Numbered from the stretch's first letter, positions 1 to 10,075 are shown. The stretch: DNA of 64,000 bases from Candidatus Latescibacterota bacterium (GCA_963662665.2 CAXXJS010000037.1:32001-96000); one strand, 5' to 3'. Numbers and translations are program-made. Notes: generated from the letters alone by a model not told the origin.

Positions 1-1161
1 AGGCGTCCCGCCGTCCCACAACCCGCCATGCCGGCATGCGGCCGGCAGATATGCTGCTGAAGTTGCCCCCGCTTCTTCTGCAGGACCGCCCGTCAGGTTT
101 TCGCCGTGAAGATAGAATGCCGCCGACGCCTGCCGGGGAAGGTCTTCGGCCATTCGCCATCCACCAGCTATCATGGTGCGATCCGTCACCGGTTCTTCAT
201 GTTGTCGCTGGTATATCTGCACGGGGGGTTCTTCCGCAACGCCGTTGTCCATCTCCTTCAGCCAGCAGTCCCACCAGCGCAGCAATTCATAGAAGACGTC
301 GATCCGGGGTCCACAGTGCGACTGGTCTCCGTACGAATGCGACCATGGCCCCATCAGCAGGCGTTTGGGCGACCGCAGCGCCCGGTATACCCGCAGCGGC
401 GGCGTGGGGTATCCGTCGTGCCAGCCGCCAATCAGCAGGGCGGCCGCCTGAATATGATCGTAGCGCCCGGATATGGAACCCACCGCCCAGTAGTCATCCT
501 CCACCTGATGGGAAATCCACTTCAGCAGATACGGCTCGTTCTGCTCCAGCCTCTGCAGCCAGAGTTCGCTCCACCGCTCGCCGACGGCTTCGCGAAACGG
601 GGGAAGGCCGTTGCGCGCCACCATATTCAGGCCGTAGGTCAGCATGTCATAGAAGCCTCTCAGGCATCCGCCTTTGTAGTGACAGTCATCGGTATACCTT
701 CTGTCTGTAAAATAGGCAGGCGCGATCGCTTTCAGCGCAGGCGGCGCCATCGCCGCCACCTGCAGGGTGGTGAATCCGCTATAGGACGTACCCAGCATTC
801 CCACGCGACCATCGCACCAGGACTGATCCGCCAACCAGGCGATTGCGTCAAATCCGTCCTGCGTTTCCTCCGCCATATACTCATCCTTGCTTACGCCCTC
901 AGAATTACCTGTTCCCCGTGCATTCAGATAGACAAAGGAATATCCGCGCCTTGCGAAGTAACGTGCAATCGGCGCGGTGGATCCGTCCGACCCGCCGCGG
1001 TACGGGTCGTACCACACCAGTGCCGGAAACTCATCTTCGGTCAACGGCCGGGTTATCGTGGCGCCCAGAGAGATCCCGTCGCGTGTTGGGATGCGATATT
1101 GATTACTCGTCCGGAAACCGTATTCAGGCGTCGAACAGATTTGCCTCTTTGACAGATCCAT
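1..1161 (-). CDS. CocE/NonD family (peptidase S15-like) alpha/beta hydrolase, 3' end outside window
   Basis: Absent from the ORF track because it has no stop in the window. Manual minus-strand translation from ATG 1161 (RBS GAGGA upstream) gives MDLSKRQ..IPTRDGISLGATITRP..PALVWYDPY..YFARRGYSFVYLNARGTGNSEG..WCDGRVGMLGTSYSG (GxSYxG nucleophile motif). Confidence 0.85.
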   Translation of the reverse strand, partial: MDLSKRQICSTPEYGFRTSNQYRIPTRDGISLGATITRPLTEDEFPALVWYDPYRGGSDGSTAPIARYFARRGYSFVYLNARGTGNSEGVSKDEYMAEETQDGFDAIAWLADQSWCDGRVGMLGTSYSGFTTLQVAAMAPPALKAIAPAYFTDRRYTDDCHYKGGCLRGFYDMLTYGLNMVARNGLPPFREAVGERWSELWLQRLEQNEPYLLKWISHQVEDDYWAVGSISGRYDHIQAAALLIGGWHDGYPTPPLRVYRALRSPKRLLMGPWSHSYGDQSHCGPRIDVFYELLRWWDCWLKEMDNGVAEEPPVQIYQRQHEEPVTDRTMIAGGWRMAEDLPRQASAAFYLHGENLTGGPAEEAGATSAAYLPAACRHGGLWDGGTP

Positions 1162-1182
1162 CTGTTATTCCTCACCTTTGTG

Positions 1183-1211
1183 TTGACAGCGCCATCCGGA
1201 TTGTTTACTTA
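1183..1211 (+). promoter_or_regulatory. sigma70-type promoter upstream of the UbiD gene
   Basis: TTGACA (1183-1188), 17-bp spacer, TACTTA (1206-1211). Confidence 0.55.
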
Positions 1212-1351
1212 AAAACTGCGGGTTCCCGAACGTAAACTCGGTCTCATCGTACGTTAACGGAATTTACGGATGTTTACGTCAGGGTCGGCGACGGGGCATT
1301 TGCCTGAACCTGCGACAATCGATCCGTTCACTCGCTTTGCCTGGAGAAACG

Positions 1352-3181
1352 ATGCGCTACAAGAGCATGCGCCACTGCGTCCACGACCTGGAAAAACACG
1401 GCCACCTCGTCCGGATCAGGGATGAAGTGGATCCCAACCTTGAAATGGCCGAGATTCACCGCCGCGTCTACCAGTCTCGCGGCCCTGCCCTTTTTTACGA
1501 GAACGTCAAAGGCAGCGCGTTTCCGGCGGTGTCGAACCTGTTCGGCACCCTTGAGCGTTCCAGATTTATCTTCCGATCCACCTTCGAGTGGGTCAGGCGT
1601 CTTATTGAAATCAAGGCCGACCCGCCCGCCTATCTCAAAGCGCCCTGGAAAGCCGCGGGTATCGCCCGCATCGCGCCGACTATACCGCCCCGAAGGGTCC
1701 GGTCCGGTCCCGTTCTCAGACACAGGACCACAGTCTCCCGCCTGCCGCAGATCAAGTGCTGGCCTGACGACGGCGGCGCCTTCATCCTGCTTCCCCAGGT
1801 TTACACCGAAGATCCACTGAATCCAGGTATTCTCAAGTCCAACCTGGGGATGTACCGCGTTCAGATGTCGGGCAACCAGTACGAACCGGACAAAGAGGTC
1901 GGGCTGCACTACCAGATCCGGCGGGACATCGGCATCCACCATACAAATGCTATCGCAGAGGGCGAGCCACTTCGGGTCAGCGTTTTTGTCGGGGGGCCGC
2001 CCGCCCACACGTTCGCGGCGGTTATGCCCCTTCCCGAAGGCCTGCCCGAAGTCGCATTCGCGGGAGGCCTGGCCGGCCGCCGGTTCCGTTATACACAAAA
2101 AAACGGCTTCACCATATCCGCCGAAGCCGATTTCTGCGTTACGGGCGTCGTAAACCCGGGTGAAACCCTGCCCGAAGGCCCGTTCGGCGACCACCTGGGA
2201 TATTACAGTCTGGCCCACGAATTCCCGGTGTTGAACGTAGAGGCCGTCTATCACCGCAAGGACGCGGTCTGGCCCTTCACCGTCGTGGGACGGCCGCCGC
2301 AGGAAGACACCGCCTTCGGGGAACTCATCCACGAGTTGACAGGTCCCATGGTCCCCGTCGAACTACCCGGCCTCAAGGCCATCAACGCCGTCGACGCCGC
2401 CGGCGTTCACCCTCTGCTTCTGGCCATCGGCAGCGAGCGTTACGTGCCCTATCGCGAACGGCAGCCGCAGGAAATCCTCACCATTGCCAACGCCCTGCTG
2501 GGATTCGGCGCGTGCTCGCTCGCCAAGTTTCTATTGATCGTCGCCGGCGAAGACAATCCGCAACTGGATATTCACAACATCGGCAGTTTTCTCGGCCACC
2601 TGCTCGAACGCGTCGACTGGACTCGCGACCTGCACTTTCAGACCCGAACGACCATCGATACCCTGGACTATTCCGGCACCGGCCTGAACGAAGGTTCCAA
2701 GGTTGTGATCGCCGCGGCAGGTGAAAAAAAACGGGATCTGCCCACCGGGATTGCACACAATCTGATCCTGCCCGAAGAACTGAAGAATCCTCGGGTTGCG
2801 CTTCCGGGCATCCTGGCCGTAGAGGCGCCCCGCTATATTACTCCTGCCGACGCGGAAACGGCCCAACGGCTGACAGCCGCCCTGGAATTGGTGGACCGGG
2901 TACGGGATTTTCCATTGATTCTGCTCGTGGACGACGCCGACTTCACCGCGCGCACGCTGAACAATTTCCTTTGGGTTACGTTTACCCGGTCCAATCCCTC
3001 GCACGACATTTACGGTGTCGGGAGTTTCATCGAAAACAAACATTGGGGCTGTCACGGACCCTTGATCATCGACGCCCGCCTCAAGCCCCACCACGCGCCG
3101 CCTCTGGTTGAAGATCCGCACGTCAGGCGGAAAGTGGATCGTCTGGGCGAGCCCAACGGCCCCCTTCACGGCGTCATTTGA
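1352..3181 (+). CDS. UbiD family prFMN-dependent decarboxylase (quinone biosynthesis type)
   Basis: GPALFYENVKG, PAVSNLFGT, NLGMYR, EGPFGDHLGYY, TVVGRPPQED motifs; ATG 1352 after GGAG. Confidence 0.9.
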   Translation: MRYKSMRHCVHDLEKHGHLVRIRDEVDPNLEMAEIHRRVYQSRGPALFYENVKGSAFPAVSNLFGTLERSRFIFRSTFEWVRRLIEIKADPPAYLKAPWKAAGIARIAPTIPPRRVRSGPVLRHRTTVSRLPQIKCWPDDGGAFILLPQVYTEDPLNPGILKSNLGMYRVQMSGNQYEPDKEVGLHYQIRRDIGIHHTNAIAEGEPLRVSVFVGGPPAHTFAAVMPLPEGLPEVAFAGGLAGRRFRYTQKNGFTISAEADFCVTGVVNPGETLPEGPFGDHLGYYSLAHEFPVLNVEAVYHRKDAVWPFTVVGRPPQEDTAFGELIHELTGPMVPVELPGLKAINAVDAAGVHPLLLAIGSERYVPYRERQPQEILTIANALLGFGACSLAKFLLIVAGEDNPQLDIHNIGSFLGHLLERVDWTRDLHFQTRTTIDTLDYSGTGLNEGSKVVIAAAGEKKRDLPTGIAHNLILPEELKNPRVALPGILAVEAPRYITPADAETAQRLTAALELVDRVRDFPLILLVDDADFTARTLNNFLWVTFTRSNPSHDIYGVGSFIENKHWGCHGPLIIDARLKPHHAPPLVEDPHVRRKVDRLGEPNGPLHGVI

Positions 3182-3188
3182 ACGGTGT

Positions 3189-4622
3189 TCAATAAAGATC
3201 GTCCGCCGTAGTCACCGCACACCACCGTGCAATAATCAGCTCGTCGATCAAGGCCTTCCGGGCTCTGGGTGTGCCAATGCGCCTGAGCGCCATTCCCGCA
3301 TAAAACCGGTTGTAGCGATTTTCGTCCCCCAGCACGTCAATCAGGTCATCCACCGCAGGGTCTCCCGCTTCGCCAAGGTTGCAAAGCACCAGGGCCGCAT
3401 TGCGCCGAACACGGTAATCGGGATCCGCTACCGCCCGGAACACCGCAGGCAGTACATCTTCGGAATCCGCCCCCATGGAGCGCAACGCTTCCAGCGCGTT
3501 GCGACGGACCCACCAGTGATCGTCGGCGACCCTCCCGACAAGGCCGGATACCGCGGCGCGCGCTTCCGGGCCCATCCGGGCGAGCACGTCCGCCGCCATA
3601 GCGCGAATCCACCAGTGATTGTCCTCCAGCACTTCCAGAAGCGCGGGGACAACCGGCGCACCCATGGTTGACAATGCCCGCGCGGCCGCTCCCGGCGTGG
3701 GATTGGTGCCGTGAGCGTTGTCGGCCGTCGTTGCCGTGGTTTCCTCGATAGCCGCCAGTGTCTCCCTGCGCATTGCGTCTACGAGAAGCGGTACTGACGT
3801 TGTGTCGCCAGCCAGCGCATATGCCGTATTGATACGCACGCACTCGTCCTCGTCGAACAGCCCCTCCTCTTTGACATCCCCTATCGCGTCCGAACGCCCG
3901 TTGACCTCCTGTCCCCGCAGCCAGCGCCACACATCCAGGGATACGGCCGGATTGGCGTCTTCGACGGGGGGCGTCCAGGCTTGCTCCTGATGGTTCCAGT
4001 TGGGCGCCAGCGGAGACCTCATACGCGTAAACTGAAACTTCAGCATGTACCGTTTTCTGCCGCTCACGTTAGGCGTTGCCCGGTGCCAGGAGTCAAAATG
4101 CATCAATGTCACGATCCCGGCGTCGCCGCAGATGGCATACTCGGGTTCGCGGGTTTCTTCCGGGTTGGGATCGGAAATGGTCTTATAGTTCTGCCAGCGC
4201 GGAATAACTCCTGACGGCCCCATGTCTTTCGTGGTATCCTGCGGATAATAGAAAGCCAGGACCCACTGAAAACGTGGATGCCGGATATTGTGGTCGAATA
4301 CATAACAATCCTTGTGCCAGCTCTGCCCCCGGTTACCCGGCGGATTCAGATGGCAATGACGGTGGGGGTTCATGATGTAATCGGGTCCGAGAAGGCTCGC
4401 CAACGCACCACGCACCACCGGCTGATCGAATACCTGCTGAATCCGGGGCACGCGCGGCAGAATATTGTTGCCAACATTGCCTTCCTTTTCGAAAACGGTT
4501 TCAATCTCGTCGTAAATCTTACCGTGTACGTCGGTGATCCCATCCGTCTGTACCGTAATGTATCCGTCCAGAATAAATCGCTGGATCTGAGTGTCCGTCA
4601 GAAGATGATTTGTCGCCGTCAT
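3189..4622 (-). CDS. Phytanoyl-CoA dioxygenase (PhyH) domain fused to C-terminal HEAT repeats
   Basis: N-terminal LLTDTQIQRFILDGY, WHKD and SWHRA Fe ligands; C-terminal repeats LEDNHWWIRAMAADVLARMG, ADDHWWVRRNALEAL, DPDYRVRRNAALVL. Confidence 0.8.
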   Translation of the reverse strand: MTATNHLLTDTQIQRFILDGYITVQTDGITDVHGKIYDEIETVFEKEGNVGNNILPRVPRIQQVFDQPVVRGALASLLGPDYIMNPHRHCHLNPPGNRGQSWHKDCYVFDHNIRHPRFQWVLAFYYPQDTTKDMGPSGVIPRWQNYKTISDPNPEETREPEYAICGDAGIVTLMHFDSWHRATPNVSGRKRYMLKFQFTRMRSPLAPNWNHQEQAWTPPVEDANPAVSLDVWRWLRGQEVNGRSDAIGDVKEEGLFDEDECVRINTAYALAGDTTSVPLLVDAMRRETLAAIEETTATTADNAHGTNPTPGAAARALSTMGAPVVPALLEVLEDNHWWIRAMAADVLARMGPEARAAVSGLVGRVADDHWWVRRNALEALRSMGADSEDVLPAVFRAVADPDYRVRRNAALVLCNLGEAGDPAVDDLIDVLGDENRYNRFYAGMALRRIGTPRARKALIDELIIARWCAVTTADDLY

Positions 4623-4648
4623 CGTTCAACCTCCTCGTACGCCGGTCT

Positions 4649-6505
4649 TCACCGTGTTGCCGGAAGTCCGAAACCGAGCTTTCCCCGGGCTCTATTCACC
4701 GCCGTCACCACTTGTTCAACCGTGTAAAAATCGCTCTTGAAGACCTCCCGCCCGTCAGACGCATAGATCACGAGCAACGGGATGGTCAATCGGCCGGTAT
4801 TTCGCAGCTTTTCCTTGCCAACCGGGTTATTGCCCGTTATATCCACCTTGATCGCGGCCACGTCGGGCCGCGCCAGCAATTCCACGACTTCCGGGCTTTG
4901 CAGCACGTTGTGTTCCAGCACTTTACAGTTCAGACACCACTCCGCGGTAAAGTCCATCACCACAACCCGGCCCTCCTCCAGCGCCGCTTCCAACCGAGCG
5001 GGTGTGTAGAAAATCCAATCGATCGGCCCTTTATCCGTGAATCGGACGGCGCCCACCGCGGAAAAAACGAAAAGGGCCGCGCCCAGACAGCCGAAAAACG
5101 CGCGTCGTCCCGCCCGCGCGGTAATCCGCAATGTACCGTAAGCCAGCCAGAACCCGGCGGCAGCGCCAAATGCCATTACTGCCCACCAGTATCCCGTCCC
5201 CGGCGGGTCCGGCGGTGTGACGGCAAGCGCGCTGAGCCCCACGCCCACGAAATAGGCCGCCGCCGCCAGCATCAAGAGGCCCATCACCTGCTTGATCAAC
5301 TCGCTGGCCGGACCCGTTCGGGGCATCCGTTCCACAAGCGCCGGAAAGATCGACAACGCCATATATGGCGCCGCCATCCCGGCGCCGATCGAGGCGAACG
5401 TAAGCAGCGTGGTTGCCGGATATTGGGTGGCCGCCCACGCGGCGGCGGCCCCCATGAAAGGCGCCGTGCAGGGGGTGGAAAGCACTGCCGTCATAATGCC
5501 GAAGCCGAACGAACCCGCGAGGCTGTCCTGGCCGGGATTGATCCGGTAAACCGTTTGCGGCAACCGGACGTAAAACAGCCCGCACATGCCAACGGCCATA
5601 ACGGCGATGATCAGCCCGACGAAAATCGTAAACATTGGATACTGGAAAAGTTGATTGGTGGCAGTAAACCCGCTGACACCCGCGATCATCGTCCCCAGCG
5701 CCAGCCAGAAAGCGACCACGCCCAGCGACATTGACGCCCCCAGCACGAGACGTCGCGTCTGGTTCTCCGACGCCTGCGCCAGCCCGATAATCTTGATGGG
5801 AATCACCGGAAGCACGCAGGGCGTAAGATTCAGCAGCCCGCCGCCGAATGCTGCCACAAGAAGAAGCAGAATCAGACCTGCTCCGGATGACGTATCGATC
5901 GAAAATGTCCAGCCGAACAGATCGAAACGCACACCGCTTGTTTCAGAAACGGCGCCCGTGGCGCTATACCCTTCGAACAACGCTGAATTCACCCTGTTTA
6001 CAGGTTGGCCGGCGTCCACGATCCCGATCGACGCTTCCATTACGACCGTTTTTGGTATGAAACACGTGTACGCATCGCAGGCCTGATACTCCACTTCGAG
6101 TTTAAGTCCCTGAGATCCGGGTTGTACCTCGTCGCCCACCTTAATGGGGAGGAAGAAGACCGTTCGACCCTCGAAAACCATAAGATCGCCGTCCGCGTAA
6201 TCGGCCTGTATGGGATGCGGCTCAGGGAAACGAACGGCTTCCAGCGTCAGTCCGCTCGCCGCTTCGAGGATCCGTACGTCTGTAGGATACGGTTCAAAGT
6301 CACCGACGACCAACACCTGAGCCGGATCGGGATTGATGTGAAATCCTTCGTCGATATCCACCACGATGGCCAGCGCCACGAGGTCGCCCGGACGCGCCCC
6401 ATCCACGGGCCAGGCCGTACTCACCCTGACTTTGTCCTGCGCGTGGGCCGGCGCCGCCGCGATGACAAACGCTACCAGCAGGATCCATTTATCCATGTCT
6501 CGCAT
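4649..6505 (-). CDS. DsbD/DipZ-like thiol:disulfide interchange protein
   Basis: Signal peptide, N-domain YQACDAYTC, membrane domain LNLTPCVLP and STPCTAPF, thioredoxin DFTAEWCLNCK. Confidence 0.9.
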   Translation of the reverse strand: MRDMDKWILLVAFVIAAAPAHAQDKVRVSTAWPVDGARPGDLVALAIVVDIDEGFHINPDPAQVLVVGDFEPYPTDVRILEAASGLTLEAVRFPEPHPIQADYADGDLMVFEGRTVFFLPIKVGDEVQPGSQGLKLEVEYQACDAYTCFIPKTVVMEASIGIVDAGQPVNRVNSALFEGYSATGAVSETSGVRFDLFGWTFSIDTSSGAGLILLLLVAAFGGGLLNLTPCVLPVIPIKIIGLAQASENQTRRLVLGASMSLGVVAFWLALGTMIAGVSGFTATNQLFQYPMFTIFVGLIIAVMAVGMCGLFYVRLPQTVYRINPGQDSLAGSFGFGIMTAVLSTPCTAPFMGAAAAWAATQYPATTLLTFASIGAGMAAPYMALSIFPALVERMPRTGPASELIKQVMGLLMLAAAAYFVGVGLSALAVTPPDPPGTGYWWAVMAFGAAAGFWLAYGTLRITARAGRRAFFGCLGAALFVFSAVGAVRFTDKGPIDWIFYTPARLEAALEEGRVVVMDFTAEWCLNCKVLEHNVLQSPEVVELLARPDVAAIKVDITGNNPVGKEKLRNTGRLTIPLLVIYASDGREVFKSDFYTVEQVVTAVNRARGKLGFGLPATR

Positions 6506-6708
6506 TGCAAAAGGCTCCTCAAAGGTACATCATTCTGAATGCCTGCTCTTTCCCGTAAAGGAAGTGAAAAGATGTCTTGATGGCAACGCTTTTTTCTTTG
6601 CAAACAACCGGGGCCGTCCTTAATTTAGGCCCGCAAAATCAACATCCCTGCGGCCATTCCATGCGGGCCCGAATTTCAGTTCTGAACCGCTATTGGAGAC
6701 TCCCTTCA

Positions 6709-7257
6709 TTGCATTTCCTGCGTGCCTACGTCCGCTTTGCGAATCGGTTGAATGAGCGCGTCGGCGTTGCCGTATCGTGGCTGACGACGGTCCTGGTGGC
6801 TGTTGTCTGTTACGACGTATTCACGCGTTATTTACTGCAAAGCAGTCTGGTGGCGGTGCAGGAGCTGCAATGGCACCTGTTTGCCGTTATTTTCCTGATC
6901 GGCGCGGCGTATACATTGAAACATGGCAAGCATGTGCGCGTGGACGTCTTTTACAATCGTTTCCCGGAAAAAACCAGGGCATGGGTGGATTTCGCCGGAA
7001 GCCTGCTCTTTCTCATACCCTTCTGCGTGGTCGCCATCTGGTGTTCCCACGCGTTTGTCATTAACGCCTTCATTATCGGGGAAGGTTCGCCGGATCCCGG
7101 CGGACTGCCCGCGCGGTTCATCCTGAAGGCCGCCATTCCCGCGGGGTTTTTTCTGCTGACCCTGCAGGGCCTGGCGCTGGCCGCTGGTTCGCTGTTTAAA
7201 ATTGCGGGCAGCCAGCCGATCGAACCTGAAACCGAACGACAGAGGGCGAACGCATAA
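6709..7257 (+). CDS. dctQ: TRAP transporter small permease
   Basis: About 4 TM helices, ELQWHLF, HVRVDVFY, SPDPGGLP; probable TTG start after GGAG at 6695. Confidence 0.85.
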   Translation: MHFLRAYVRFANRLNERVGVAVSWLTTVLVAVVCYDVFTRYLLQSSLVAVQELQWHLFAVIFLIGAAYTLKHGKHVRVDVFYNRFPEKTRAWVDFAGSLLFLIPFCVVAIWCSHAFVINAFIIGEGSPDPGGLPARFILKAAIPAGFFLLTLQGLALAAGSLFKIAGSQPIEPETERQRANA

Positions 7258-7420
7258 CAGCCCGTTGGAAAAGTCCATCCGGGCTGCGTCCGGCCCTTGT
7301 GGCCGAATGACTGCGTTGCGCTCCCTCCCCGAATCCCCCGATTCGACGCGGTCGCGCGCCTTGTCTTCGGCCACAATGACTCGGCCTCGCCTGCAGAGCG
7401 ACTTTTTCAACGGACTGATA
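7255..7420 (+). mobile_element. 166-bp MITE-like element, copy 1 (TA-flanked, imperfect 18-bp terminal inverted repeats)
   Basis: Ends CAGCCCGTTGGAAAAGTC ... GACTTTTTCAACGGACTG, TA on both sides; near-identical inverted copy at 30826-30991. Confidence 0.85.
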
Positions 7421-8737
7421 ATGGAAGCCATGCCGCTCATCCTGTTCGGGGTCCTGTTTGTACTGCTGCTGTTCGGTTTCCCGGTGGCATTCACGCTGGG
7501 CGGCGTCTCCTTCATCCTGGGTTATTTCACGTTCGGCATCGAATTCTTCAATTTGTTGCCCCTGCGCATATGGGGCGTGATGACGAATTACGTACTCATC
7601 GCGGTCCCTCTGTTTGTCTATATGGGCGTCATGCTCGAAAAATCCGGGCTTGCCGAGGAACTGCTGGAAACAATGGCGCTGCTCTTCGGCAAGTTGCGCG
7701 GCGGGCTCGCGGTTTCGGTCGTCGTCGTCGGCGCCCTTCTGGGCGCTTCGACCGGCATTGTCGGGGCAACCGTTGTTACCATGGGTCTCCTGAGCCTGCC
7801 GACCATGCTCCGACGCGGCTATCGCACCGAACTCGCCACGGGTATCATCTCCGCGTCCGGCACGCTGGGTCAGATCATCCCGCCCAGCATCGTCCTGGTG
7901 CTGCTGGGAAGTATCCTGAATATTTCCATTGGCGACATGTTCATTGCCGCCGTCATCCCCGGCATGTGCCTCGTAGGCCTCTACCTGACCTGGATCGTAA
8001 TTGTCGCCCTCACAAGGCCGGACTCCGCGCCGGCGATGCCCGTAGAGGACCTGGACCGGTTTGTGGGCTCCGTGAGAATCAAGCAGACCATCCACGCGTT
8101 TCTCCTTCCGGGCATGCTGATAGCGGCCGTCCTGGGCTCCATTTTTGCGGGCATCGCCTCCCCCACAGAGGCCGCCGCCGTGGGGGCACTCGGCGCCACC
8201 GTCCTCACGCTTTGCAAGCGAAAGCTATCGCTCGAAACCCTCAAGTCCGTTATGGCCGAGACCACCCATCTCACCTGTATGGTCTTCATCATACTGGTCG
8301 GCGCCACAGCCTTCGGCCTTGTATTCAGGGGAATGCACGGTGACGCGTACCTCACGCGACTGATCGTGGAAGCAGACCCGGGGCCCCACGTTTTCCTCGC
8401 GCTGGTTATGGTTGTCATTTTTGTCGCCGGGTTTTTCATAGATTTCATCGAGATTACGTTTATCATCGTTCCTGTTGTCGCGCCGATATTCGCACACCTG
8501 GGTGTCGACCTTCTCTGGGTAGGCGTCCTCATCGCAATGAATCTGCAGACCTCATTTCTGACACCGCCGTTCGGATTCTCCCTGTTCTACCTGAAAGGCG
8601 TCGCGCCGCCTGAAGTTCGGACCGGACACATCTATCGAGGCATCGTTCCCTTTATCATCGTCCAGCTAATCGGCCTTACCCTGGTGATCGTTTTTCCTGA
8701 AGTGGCCACGTGGCTGCCCCGATACCTGGCGTCCTGA
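7421..8737 (+). CDS. dctM: TRAP transporter large permease
   Basis: GFPVAFTLGG, ASGTLGQIIPPSI, GIASPTEAAAVG, LTPPFG; many TM helices. Confidence 0.92.
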   Translation: MEAMPLILFGVLFVLLLFGFPVAFTLGGVSFILGYFTFGIEFFNLLPLRIWGVMTNYVLIAVPLFVYMGVMLEKSGLAEELLETMALLFGKLRGGLAVSVVVVGALLGASTGIVGATVVTMGLLSLPTMLRRGYRTELATGIISASGTLGQIIPPSIVLVLLGSILNISIGDMFIAAVIPGMCLVGLYLTWIVIVALTRPDSAPAMPVEDLDRFVGSVRIKQTIHAFLLPGMLIAAVLGSIFAGIASPTEAAAVGALGATVLTLCKRKLSLETLKSVMAETTHLTCMVFIILVGATAFGLVFRGMHGDAYLTRLIVEADPGPHVFLALVMVVIFVAGFFIDFIEITFIIVPVVAPIFAHLGVDLLWVGVLIAMNLQTSFLTPPFGFSLFYLKGVAPPEVRTGHIYRGIVPFIIVQLIGLTLVIVFPEVATWLPRYLAS

Positions 8738-8749
8738 TGAAGCAGAATT

Positions 8750-8778
8750 AAAAAAGGGACGCGCCTTTCGCGCGTCCC
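8750..8778 (-). terminator. intrinsic terminator of dctP
   Basis: GGGACGCGC/GCGCGTCCC stem preceded by an A-run (U-tract on the minus strand). Confidence 0.7.
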
Positions 8779-8809
8779 ACTGAAACACGACTTTCGAAGT
8801 AAACAACCG

Positions 8810-9931
8810 CTATCCGCCGATAGCGGAATAATAGAGCTTCTCCGAGAGCGACGCCCATGGGGTGATTTTCTTCCTGAACGCGTCAAAGGAACCGTATACC
8901 TTCTTGCTCATCGGGTCGGCTTCCGCCACCTCGTTTTCGACCTCCACGGAGAACCGGCGCAGCGTCTCGAGGACCTCGTTGGAAAACCTCCGCAACTCAA
9001 CGTTGTGTTCTTCGGTGAGCTTTCGGAGATAGACGCTGTTCCTGGCCTCGAATTCGGAAAGCATCCATGCGTTCGATCGGGCCGCGGCAGCTTCCACAAT
9101 CTGTTGAAGATCGGATGGCAGTTGCTCAAATGCGAGCTTGTTGACGATCAACTCAAGCGCGGTACCGGGCTCGTGCCATCCCGGATAGTAATAATATTTC
9201 GCCGCCCGGAAGAAACCCATCAGGAAGTCATGGTAGGGTCCGATCCATTCGGTTGCGTCGATGACGCCTCGTTCCAGGTTGGTGTAGATCTCGCCTCCGG
9301 CAGAAAGCACGGCGGATCCGCCGGCCTTTGCGATAACCTTGCCGCCAAGCCCCGGGATGCGCATCTTCAGGCCGTGAAAATCGGCGATACTGTTCATTTC
9401 CCGATTGTACCAGCCGCCCATTTGAACCCCGGTATTGCCCACGGGCATCGCAATCAGGTTGAACGGGGCATACAGTTCCTGCCAGAGCTCCAGCCCGCCG
9501 CCACTGTAGATCCAGGCGTTAAGCTGTTGCCCGTTCATGCCAAATGGAACCGCCGCAAAAAACTGCGTGGCGGGCGCTTTGCCGGCCCAATAGTACGCGG
9601 CGCCGTGGCACATCTCAACGGTACCCTGGTTCACAGCATCGAAACCTTCGAGCGCCGGAATCAACTCGCCGCCACCGTAAACCGTAATTTTCAGTTGTCC
9701 GCCGGACATCACGTCGATCCATTTGGCCAACAAGTCCGCGCCTTCGCCAAGAATAGGAAAATGCGGCGGCCAGGTCGTTACCATTTTCCATTCGAATTTT
9801 CTCCTGGTATGTACGGCGGGCGCGTCTGACTCTTCCATTGAGGCGGGGCTGCAACCGGATAGAGCCGCTACGCCTCCGGCAACTCCGACGGAGGCCTTCT
9901 TGAGAAAATCACGGCGTTCGAACTTCTCCAT
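8810..9931 (-). CDS. dctP: TRAP substrate-binding protein (TakP-like), Tat lipoprotein signal
   Basis: RRDFLKK Tat motif, LSGC lipobox, WKMVTTWP, GNTGVQMGGW, GLKMRIPG, YYYYPGWHEP. Confidence 0.9.
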   Translation of the reverse strand: MEKFERRDFLKKASVGVAGGVAALSGCSPASMEESDAPAVHTRRKFEWKMVTTWPPHFPILGEGADLLAKWIDVMSGGQLKITVYGGGELIPALEGFDAVNQGTVEMCHGAAYYWAGKAPATQFFAAVPFGMNGQQLNAWIYSGGGLELWQELYAPFNLIAMPVGNTGVQMGGWYNREMNSIADFHGLKMRIPGLGGKVIAKAGGSAVLSAGGEIYTNLERGVIDATEWIGPYHDFLMGFFRAAKYYYYPGWHEPGTALELIVNKLAFEQLPSDLQQIVEAAAARSNAWMLSEFEARNSVYLRKLTEEHNVELRRFSNEVLETLRRFSVEVENEVAEADPMSKKVYGSFDAFRKKITPWASLSEKLYYSAIGG

Positions 9932-10075
9932 TCAACTCCTCCGTGGAAGAATCCGTCGTCAAGTAGAACGGAAGTCAATCAACCAGACATGGTAGGTCGC
10001 GCAAGCGTCTATCGCAAGAAGAATGAGGACCCCTGTTCTCCTCCTTTTCGGAGAGACGGGGTTCGGGAGAAAGCA

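Noticed and set aside
36-1152. Long plus-strand ORFs (224 and 348 aa)
   Set aside because: Antisense shadows of the minus-strand CocE/NonD gene, which has clear family motifs.
7202-7420. N-terminal extension of DctM in the ORF track
   Set aside because: It is read through the MITE; family similarity starts at ATG 7421.
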